From Malacoraja senta (taxonomy: Eukaryota): 64,000 nt of DNA. Positions 25,596 to 35,622 of the stretch are shown here, piece by piece. The position numbers were made by a program, and so were the translations under genes. The notes beneath the pieces are model-generated. The model was not told where the DNA came from. It made no database searches and saw only the letters and a list, made by a program, of their open reading frames with translations. The number at the start of each line of letters is the position of its first letter. Positions within the stretch are counted from its first letter, which is position 1. The DNA is taken from NCBI GenBank assembly GCA_038087875.1, contig JAXLNO010000110.1:620001-684000 (forward strand), in the 5' to 3' direction.

Positions 25596-27615
25596 AATAC
25601 CAGAAAATTACCTTGTTTAGTTTATAGATACAGCATGGAAACGGACCCTTCAGCCCACCATGCCAACCATCTATCACCCGTTCACACTCGTTCTATGTTA
25701 TCCCACTTTCTCATTCACTCCCTATACACTCGGGGCAAATGCACAGGGGCCAATTAACTTACAAGCCCGCATTCCTTTTGGATGTGGGAGGAAACCCACA
25801 AGGTCACAGGGAGAACAATTGATAGCAGAAAAACAGGCGATATCCGCTGAATGCAAAATACCAAATGTATTCAATAGGAAGCTTTGGTTTCTGACTACTT
25901 TACAAATGAAGATGGACTCACTCTGTGTGGAAGGAATGGATGGGAGAGGTTTCAGGTTGCGACCCTTCTTGTAGGGGGGGAGAAAGCAGGAAATACGAGC
26001 TGTGGGCAGGACAAAGCCGTGCAAGTGATACCTGGATGCAGGTGAGGGGCTTTGATAGGCAGATAGAGTAATTAATAAAGAGTAGAGATGAAAAGGAGAC
26101 CAAAGGATGTTGGATAAGGAAATAGTGGAGGGAGGGATATGGCTGGACGGGGACAGAGGGGAGGGAGAAGTCAGAGAATGAAAGGGAAATGAAGTGCTCG
26201 GGGGTGGATGAGTATATGAAGATGGGGAAAGGAGCAGGGTGACTGGGGAGGTGGAAGATGGTGGGGGAATTTGGTGTGACCGGGATGGTAAGGAGCACAG
26301 GAAAGAGAGACTAGGGGTGTTGCTATAATCGGACTGAAGAAGGGTCCCAACCTGAAATGTTGCTTGTCCACCAATGTCCAATGGTACTTTAATGTCGCAT
26401 GTTCCGAGGTACAGTGAAATTCATTTTTGTGCACAGTTCAATACAATTGTCACTATACATAAGCACTTAGATACATCTTAGAGAAGCATCTCAGATACAG
26501 TACAAGTGTTTCATAGTAGTACACTGAGACAGTGTACAGAGTAGCCAGATTTGGTGCCTTTTTCAAGTCCCAGTTGTTATTGGTGTGGAGTTCTTAACCT
26601 GACCATGAGGGCCCGTTGTCCTGGTGGCGTTGCTGGGTCGGCCTGGCCAAGGGTGGGTGTTGGTGTCCTCCGTGCCTACTCATGTAACACCCCTACTCCC
26701 TCTCTTTTCTGTTTCACCACCCCATTGCTGCTGTTTCCAGTAGATCGCATCCGTGTAATCATCTCTTCCCCAGCCAACAATGGGCCATCATGGGCTCCAC
26801 CAGGGCTCTCACTTAACTTTTTTTTCTCTGTTGCCAGCCGGGCAACCGTGCCAGCTTTTTAGGTTGCCAAATGACACTTTAGGTGGTCATTTAAGACGGT
26901 TTGCATGACGCGTGCGATAATGTGCTCGGACGAAGTGCGTAGTTACCAGTCGGAATTATGCTCAATGAAGCATTCACATATTATGTTCAAGAAGGAACTG
27001 CAGATGCTGGAAAATCGAAGGTAGACAAAAGTGCTGGAGAAACTCAGCGGGTGCAACAGCATCTATGGAGCAAAGGAAATAGGCAACGTTTCAGACCGAA
27101 ACCCATCAGTCTGAAGAAGGGATTTGGCCCGAAACGTTGCCTGTTTCCTTCGCTCCATAGATGCTGCCGCATCCGCTAAGTTTCTCCAGCACTTTTGTCT
27201 ACATTCACATATTATTTCTGCTTCAAATAACTCACAAACTAAACATGTTCACCAATCAAGACATGATATATACCACAATGACATAAAATTATAATACAAT
27301 ATCTCAACTCTTTTTACACATTGTAATTAATGCAATTTCTATTAGTTCTTTCCACTTCCAAACAAAAATGTGGTTGGATTATTCAGCATATGATCAACCT
27401 GTGTCAATAAATCCTGGACCATGGTAACATATATGCTTAACCATGTACACTACAGATTGATGCAAGCATGTTCTCTGTGAAAGACCGGAAATTATCATGA
27501 CATGGCCTTATCATGGGTCGTTATTGCTATTGGTACAGAAACACTCTCGCTTCCCACATAATTCATCCATAACAAAATATACAGGTTGCAAGGAAATTTC
27601 TAAAGACATTTTATA

Positions 27616-27940
27616 TGCTATATATTTAAAAGTGTGTGTGTGTGTTTCCGCCTGTCTTTTGATAAGCAGAAACGCCGAGATTTTTTCCATTTCGGTAGAG
27701 ATTTCACTTTTCATTCCAAGTATCCACTCCTGATTAAATTTTGTCGTGTTTATGTACACATTTTTAATAAAATCTTTCTCCCCCCCCCCATTTTGTCTCC
27801 TCCTGCTGGCCAGCCACCATAACGGCTGCTGCCGCCCGGCTCTGCTCCAAAAACGACGCCATTTTTTTTCTTTAGCTGAAGCACGTTCGGGAACCAGACC
27901 CCGGGGTCTGAAGCACGTTCGGGGTCTGCTCTTGGTCTAG
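27616..27940 (+). mobile_element. Short Helitron-like insertion inside hAT-like copy 1
   Basis: Absent from copy 2, whose empty site is at about 37660-37670. It ends in a CAGACCCC/GGGGTCTG hairpin followed by CTTGGTCTAG|T. No TSD. Confidence 0.65.
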
Positions 27941-28309
27941 TAGCTGTTAAAACCGACTATACCCATCTGACAGGTTAAACATTACACTAACTGACAAGAG
28001 ATGGCCAAAGTACATAATTACAGCAAATGTTCTTTTGGTAATATGTTTAAAGGTGTCAAAACAAATAATAACATTGGGAATTAAAACACATTTGATTGCA
28101 TTCCGTTATCAAACATAGTAAATGTTCGCTCTGAAGACCATGAAGCACAATAGGGTCAGGGAGGGGGGGGGGTGTGAATCAATGCGGGGTGGATAGATAG
28201 CGGGGTGGAGGGCGTTGAGAAGGCAATCGGTGCGGAATGGATGGATTGAGGCAGGTGAATTAGTACGTGTTGGTTGGAGTATGTAAAATTGTGAGGGGAG
28301 AGCACGGGT

Positions 28310-28960
28310 GATGTCAGTGGTGTAGAATGGGGGGTTCAGTATGGGATGGATGGGGGGGGGATCAGTACAGGATGAATGGGGGGTCACTACAGGATGAATG
28401 GGGGTAGACAAAAATGCTGGAGAAACTCAGCGGGTGAGGCAGCATCTATGGAGCGAAGGAAATAGGCAACGTTTCGGGTCGAGACCCTTCTTCAGACTGT
28501 TCCTCCCATTCTTCTTGAATGGGGGGGATCAGTACAGGATGAATGGGGGGGGTCAGTACAGGATGAATGGGGGGTGGGGGTGGGGGTCAGGACAGTGTGG
28601 ATTGGAGGGTCTGTGCAGGATGAATGGAGATCACTACAGGATGAATGGGGGATCACTACAGGATGAATGAGGGGATCAGTATAGGATGAATGGGAGTCAG
28701 TATGGGATGAATGAGGGGATCAGTACAGGATGCATGAGGGGTTCAGTACAGGATGAATGGGGATCAGTAAAAGATGAATGGGTAGATCACTACAGGATGG
28801 ATGGGGGATTGGTGCAGGGTAAATGGAGGGTGGGTCAGTACGGGATGAATGGGAGGATCAGTGCAGTATGAATGGGGGGAGAAGTGCAGGATGGATGGAA
28901 GGGGAGTCAGTACAGGATGAATTGGGTGACCAGTGTAGCATGGATGGGGGCGTAGCAGGA
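28310..28960. repeat. G-rich minisatellite, about 22-bp unit ATCAGTACAGGATGAATGGGGG, internal to the hAT-like element; also at about 38430-38820
   Basis: Direct tandem repeats present in both element copies, with different copy numbers. Confidence 0.9.
28465..28499 (-). ncRNA. Minimal type-I hammerhead ribozyme motif (representative intact copy)
   Basis: The reverse strand reads CAGU-CUGAAGA-A-GGGU-CUCG-ACCC-GAAAC-GUU-GCC. It has the conserved CUGANGA and GAAA boxes, a stem II hairpin, and a vestigial helix III with palindromic ACGU. Confidence 0.7.
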
Positions 28961-30949
28961 GAATCAATGCGAGGTGGGTAGGGTGATGAATAGATGGGGG
29001 GGGGGGTAGATGGGGAGGGGAGCACAGGGGATGTCAGTGAGGACTGAATAGAGGAGGGAATGGGGATCAGTGCGGGATGGAGAGAAGGGATCCCAGTATA
29101 AGAGGGGTGGAGGGGGGCGTACAAGAGAGAGAGAGAGGGGGGGGGGGAAGGGGCAGAGGAGGTGGGAGGGAGGAAGGAAGGTCAGCGCTCCTCGGACAAC
29201 ATCACCCGCTGCCTTGGCCGTCCCTGTCCAACGCCAAAGTGCCGCCGCCAAAGGGGGTGGCGGTTGGGATCTCCTCGCCACCGCCTCCCCTCCTCCGACA
29301 GCAAGGTGCGGGGCCGAGCGGTGCAGCTCAAAGATCCTATAGCTATAGTATCTTTGGTGCAGCTGCTTCAGACGGCGGAAGGATGCCTCCGCCTCCCTGT
29401 CCCTCTCCCTCCCTCCTCCCGGCCTCGGCGTGCGAGAGGGGTTGTTTTGAAAGCGGTGTATGGCGGATTTTCAAGCAGCTGCCGTTATCAGGGCGATAAC
29501 GGCTGCTGCTTGCAAATCCACGAACGGCGCTTTCAAAACAACCCCTCTCGCACGCCGAGGCTGGGAGGAGGGAGAGGGAAGCCGCCTTCCGCCGGGCGGG
29601 GTGCGGGAGGAGGAGGCGGTGGAGCCGCTGTCACGGCCGCTGCTGCCGCTGTTCGGGGCCCGTCATTCGCTCCGACCCTTCGTCACCACGCACCTAGTAT
29701 CTTTGCTCCGCACAGCCCGGCCGCCGACACGAAACGTCACGTTCCTATTCTCCAGAGATGCTGCCTGACCCGCGGAATTACTCCAGTTTTTTGTGTCTAT
29801 CGGTATAACCAGTATTTGATTGCCAAGCCGGGCAAAATGACTCGGTGTTTAGGTTGCCCGGCGGCACTTTGGATGGTCAATGGCACCCGGGCAACCGCTA
29901 ATTTCGAGCCCTGTCCACCCTTCCTGCGGCCATCTGTTACCAACCCTGATTTGTTCTGGCCTTTTCTTGCCTCCAGTTCTTTTGGAGAAGCATTGGCTGG
30001 GACGCCAGGAAGAGCACATACTCTTGCAAATGGTACACTGTGATCTTCTCCAACCTAGGCAGAGGAGAGATGGGACCTCAGTTTAAAGAGGAGCACCTCC
30101 AACTTGAGTAACACCCTTAATACCGCACTGTCTGGTGTGTAGGGGTTGAGTACAACATTGTGACCATAAGGACATAAGTGATCGGAGCAGATTTAGGCCA
30201 TTCGGCCCATCAAGTCTACACCGCTATTCAATCATGGCTGATCTATCCTTCCTAACCCCATTCTCCTGCCTTCTCCCCATAACCTCTGACACCAGTACTA
30301 ATCAAAAATCTATTTATCTCTGCCATAAAAATATCCATTGACTTGGCCTCCACAGCCTTCTGTGGCAAAGAATTCCACAGATTCACCACCCTCTGTCTAA
30401 AGAAATTTCACCTCGTCTTCCTAAAATAACATCCTTTCTGAGGCTATGACCTCCAGTCCAAGACTCTCCCACTGGTGGAAGCATCCTCTCCACATCCACT
30501 CTATCCAAGCCGTTCATTATTCTGTATGGAGCTGATTAGTCAGAAAGCAGAAGGTGAATGAATGCTGTCTGTTGGTGGTCAACAGACAGAGCACTACAGG
30601 CTGTAGCTGTTCGCGAACGGTGGTCCAAGGGATACGGACATGGCTTTAGCGGAGAGAGCTCTTGTCTTGTTGGTGGAATTCTTTGCCACAGAAGGCTGTG
30701 GAGGCCAAGTCAATGTATATATTTAAGGCGGGGATAGATAAATTCTTGATTAGTACGGGTATCAAGGGTTATGGGGAGGAGGCAGGGGAATGGGGTTAGG
30801 AGGGAGAGATGGATCGGCCATGATTGAATGGCGGAGTAGACTTGGGCCGAATGGCCTAATTCTGCACCGATCACTTATGTCCTTATGACCTTACAGTCAC
30901 AATGTTGTACTCATCCCCTACACACCAGAGATTTTGGAACCAGGGCACC

Positions 30950-31145
30950 ACTTCAGTGCGGCATTAAGGGGTGTTAATCAAGTTGGAGGTGCTCCCCTTT
31001 AAACTGAGGTCCCATCTCTCCTCTGCCTAGGTTGGAGAAGTTAACCGAGTACCATTTGCAAGAGTGGGTGTTCTTCCTGTTGTCCCAGCCAATGTTTCTG
31101 CTTCTAAAAACATCACTTGAAAAGAGGCTTTTAGTCACATTGCCT
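30950..31145 (+). mobile_element. Ancient Deu-domain SINE remnant (SacSINE1/AmnSINE1-like)
   Basis: TTAAACTGAGGTCC...GTTCTTCCTGTTGTCCCAGCCAATGTT...AACATCACT resembles the Deu-SINE core as I recall it, but is strongly diverged. Confidence 0.5.
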
Positions 31146-34100
31146 TGAAAAATATTAGCTACAGCAATTCTGCCGTTGGCCGTTGTAATTCATTAGTACC
31201 TTGGGAGCTGTGGTCACAGCAGACTGGTCGTATTCTTCGACACACCTGTATGTTGGCAGAGCCAAACTAATCATGGAACAGAGACCAATACAGAACAGAA
31301 ATAGACCCTCAGCCCACAATGTCCAGACTGATTATGATGCCTAGTTAAACTAATCTCCTCTGTCTGCATCTGACCCATATCCCTCCACTCCCTGCATATT
31401 CATGTGCCTATCCAAAAACTGCTTCAATTCCACCACCCCTGGCAGTGCGTTCCAGGCACTTGCCACTCTCTGCGTAAACAAAACTTGCCCCGCACATCTC
31501 CTATAAACTTTGCCCCGCTCATCTTGACGCTGTGAGCTTAGGGTGGCACAGCGGTAGAGTTGCTGCCTTACAGTGTCAGAGACCCAGGCTACAGGTGCTT
31601 TCTGTATGGAGTTTGTACGTTCTCCCCGTGATCTGCGTGGGTTTTCTCCATGATCTTCGGTTTCCTCCCACACTCCAAAGACGTACAGGTTTGTAGGTTA
31701 ATTGGTTTGTTATAATTGTAAATTGTCCCCAGTGTGTGTGTGTGTTGGTGTGCGTTGGATTGCTAGTTGATGTGGGCTCGATGGTCCGAAGGGTCTATTT
31801 CCGCGCTGTATCTCTAAACTAAACTGTGCCTATGTCTTTGACATTTCCACCCTGGGAAAGAGGTTCTGCCCGTCTACCCTATCTGTGCCAAAGACCGGAC
31901 CAAAACTGGCTGGGCTTCTGCCAAGGACCAAGTGAAAGGTCTTCAGATCAACCACATGTAAGATGGAAGTGTAGAGAGCGCAGACATCCACAGTAAAGGT
32001 GAGCTGATGCAACCAGAGAATTGGAAACCGTTGAAGTGTCAGCAGGCATGGGAGGTGCCAGGGTCGTGAGAGGGAAGAGACTGAACCAGAAGCTATAGCA
32101 TGAAGTCAAGACAGGAGGAAATGTTTCGTGGGGCAAGAACAGGCTGAATCATGTCCTGCTGTTAGGTCATTCCCCCTCCCACAGATGCTATTTGACCCGC
32201 TGAGACCCTCCAGAAGATTGTTTGCTGCTGCTGATTCCAGCATCTGCATTCTCATGTGTCTTTCTAAATCAGTGGTTCTGCCCAGACTGCTGTTTGGGGA
32301 TGTTGGGCGAGATGATGAAGCAGGTTTTGCAGAGCCTGAAACGGTACGTGGTTGGCAGCTGGGAGGATTTGGTGAGAGGGAGATAATGGTCCGACGTTCG
32401 CTCGTTGGATCATAGAGTGGGGGAAGGCATGAGGATGTGTCTTGAGACCTGTGGCTTGTTTTCTTGTGAGGTAGAGGTCAATTTAGTTTAGAAACAGGCC
32501 CTTGGGCCCACTGAGACCGCACTAACCAACGATCCCCGTACACTATCATTATCTGACACACACAAGGGACAATTTACAAATTATAACCAAAGCCAATTAA
32601 CCTACAAACCTGCACGTCTTTGGGGTGTGGGAGGAAATTTCCAGGAGAAATGTCCAGCACCCGGAGAAATTTCATGCAGGTCACGGGGGTAACGTACAAA
32701 CTCCGTACAGACAGCACCCGTAGTCAGGATCGAAACCGGGTCTCTGGCCCTGTGAGGCAGCAGCTCTACCGCTGCATCACCATGCCGCAGTTGGCCAGAG
32801 CACAACCTTTGCCAGCAGGTTTGATACCAGGATTGGTTCTTCGCGAACAAAATGCTGCAAGATCATAAGAGTAGAGGTAAGGATCATGGAAAGCTCACGT
32901 TGGCCAATGTCCCACCAGCAATTAACAATAACCAGAACGAGGGAGAATGCCAATTGTTTGCGTGAACCTGCGATCGTGCGTGGGTCTGAGTAGTGGAGGG
33001 TGGAATTTGCGGTTGAAATCCATGTAAAACGAATTGAAACTGAAGACGTTAAGGAAAAATGTGTCGAGAGCTTTGGTTTAAAAATAAACGTATCACAGCG
33101 AGAAAGGAAACAAATCACTGAGGCTGAGCCTGGCAAAAGAGGCAGCAACCACATGTCCCACTGGAGAGCGGAGGAGAATGTCACGGCTGGCCTCCCTGGG
33201 AGAAAAAGTCAATACAACGATACAATGATAATAGCAAGAAAACGCTGCCGATGCTCAAAATCTGAAATGAGTGATAGAGATTGCTGTTGCCAGCCCACTA
33301 GGACAGCCTCTGTGTGTAATTACTGATGTAAACGGTAAAACACAGTCTTCCTTTTCCATGCCCTCTGCCTACCTGGACCTAGACGTGACAATTCAGCCAC
33401 ACCAGGCATGGTGACGCAGCGGTAGAGTTGCTGCCTCACAGCGCCAGAGACCCGGGTTTGATCCTGACTCCGGGTGCTGTACATTCTCCCCGTGACCTGC
33501 GTGGGTTTTCTCCGAGATCTTTGGTTTCCTTCCACACTCCTAAGACGTACAGGTTTGTAGGTTAATTGGCTCTGTATAATTGTAAATTGTCCGTAGTGTG
33601 CTAATGTGCGGGGATCGCTGGTTGGTGCGGACTTTGTGGGCGAAAGCCGTGTCTGCGCTGTATCTCTAAATTAAACTAAACCAAATGTGCCTGGTAGATT
33701 CCCTGAGCCGCCTTTCTCTTTGCTCTGACCAGACCAAAGTAGACCCCCCAGACAAAGAGCGGAGGCCACTGGTAGCCAGGCCAGCTGGATGGTGACATTT
33801 GCATTTGTCTATGGATCTGCAATGGTTTCTGCTTCAGTCGGTCTTACTTGCTCTGCCATGGTGTTGATATGTTGGAATCCTGGTGATCATTAAAATGCTA
33901 GGATCGATACCTCTCCTGAACTAGACTTGAAAGTGACCCTGTGAAATTCCTTCTCTCTAACTGGGTTGCAGCACAGCTTGGTTTGGGAATAGCTCTGCCC
34001 AAGACCAAAAGGAATTACAGAGAGTTGTGGCTGTAGCGCAGTCCCTCTCTCAGTCCAGACTCCCCACCATTGATGTAGGAAGGATCAGATTTACACCGAC

Positions 34101-34595
34101 GATGGATACTCCAGCATTTTGTGTCTATCCCCACCATTGATTCTGTCTTCACTTCTTCCTACCTCGGAAAAGCAGCCCACTGAATCAAAGACTTGTCCTA
34201 TTCCCCTTATTCCTCCTCCTCCTCCCTGCTCCTGTTCTGCAAAAGGTACAGAAGCTTGAAAGCGCACACCACCAGACTTGTGAACAGTTTCTTCCACTCT
34301 GTTATTAGGCTTCCAAACGGTGCTTCCATAAACGAGGATCCTGTCTGATTCACCTCTACCCCATTGTGGACATTGGACATTGTCTCTGGAACTGATGTTG
34401 AGTACTATATTCTGCACTCTGCACCTTCCCCTTTGCTCTACACAGTTTGCTTGGTGGATGATGGGCAGATGGGTGGAGTAAGCGACCTTCTCTCCAGAGA
34501 TGCTGCCTGTCCCGCTGAGTTACTCCAGCATTTTGTGTCTACTGTGTGAACCAGCATCTGCAGTTCCTTCATACTCATGATGTAGGATAATGCTG

Positions 34596-35192
34596 CAGAG
34601 CTGCCAAGTAGTACGGATTTTCCGTATTTTGTGTGGAAATGCGATAAGAATGCTGATGTACGGATTTGCTTTGTAAAATACGGATTTTTTAAAAATCGGC
34701 CCGATTTCCTGCTTCATCTTGCTGCTTAAAAAATGCAAGGATATAAAAAGTCATATTGCAACTCTAAAAATTATAGCAGATTAAATCAATTAGTATTTTA
34801 AATTTCAAGATCTGGATGATTATTTTTGTAAGCTTTGAGGAGGAAGAGAGAAAGAAAGGGGAGGGATAGGGAGGGAAAGAAAGGAGCGAGGGAGAGGGAG
34901 GCTTCCAAAACGTCTTCGCCATCATCTGGTGCTAAAAGCAGGAAGCAGCCGTTCAAACAGAAGTATACAAAGAGATGGCAATAAATGCACTGTCAAGCAA
35001 GGTGCATAGAAGACATGTCAATTGGTAGCGAAGTTATGCATTCTTGTACTCTTACATGGGTATGACCGCAAATAAAAAAATCAACATTTTACCAACAAAA
35101 TGGCACCGCGCAAAAATACTGATTTCCTCAGCAAAATACTGATTTTCAGGTACTAGAATACTGTAATGCTCTGACAAAACTTGGCAGCTCTG
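34596..35192. mobile_element. MITE, hAT-like, 14-bp TIR, 6-bp TSD-like flanks
   Basis: ATGCTG|CAGAGCTGCCAAGT...ACTTGGCAGCTCTG|ATGCTA, with subterminal TAC(G/T)GATTT repeats at both ends. Confidence 0.8.
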
Positions 35193-35622
35193 ATGCTAGT
35201 GTGTCGTGTAGTGGTATGGAACTTTTATTTGTCATGTGTACTGAGGTACAGTGAAATTCATTTTGTGTACAAGTATCTCTATACAGAAGCACTCGGATAC
35301 ATCTTAGGTAAGCATTTCAGATACAGTATAAGTGTATAGCAGTAGTACACTGAGACAGTACACAGTTGCCAGTACAGAGTGGTCGCTGGTCGACACGGAC
35401 TCAGTGGGCTGAAGGGCCTGTTTCCACGCTGTATCTCTAAACTGACTGGGTAGATAGAGCAGTAGCCCGCGTCATCCATTGAATGATGGACCAGGTTTGG
35501 AGGGCTAGATTGTTTCCCCCTGATCATTTGATCCCTTCAAAAGATTACTTTCTATCAGGTAATCTCAGCTTCCTGATTAAAGGTTTCCCCTTCACTCGCT
35601 GAAAGCCATGACGTTATTTTGA

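Larger units (their letters stand above)
26801..29913. mobile_element. Non-autonomous hAT-like DNA transposon, copy 1, 5-bp TSD TCCAC
   Basis: Termini CAGGGCTC...GAGCCCTG, with TCCAC on both sides (26796-26800 and 29914-29918). Subterminal GGCAAC/GTTGCC repeats. Colinear with 37075-39384. Confidence 0.85.

Noticed and set aside
26380..26550. Near-duplicate of about 35222-35372
   Set aside because: It looks like the 3' tail of a dispersed LINE/SINE family rather than a specific local duplication.
29162..30043. 293-aa ORF
   Set aside because: It crosses a hairpin, the transposon terminus and flanking repeats, and has no recognisable protein motif.
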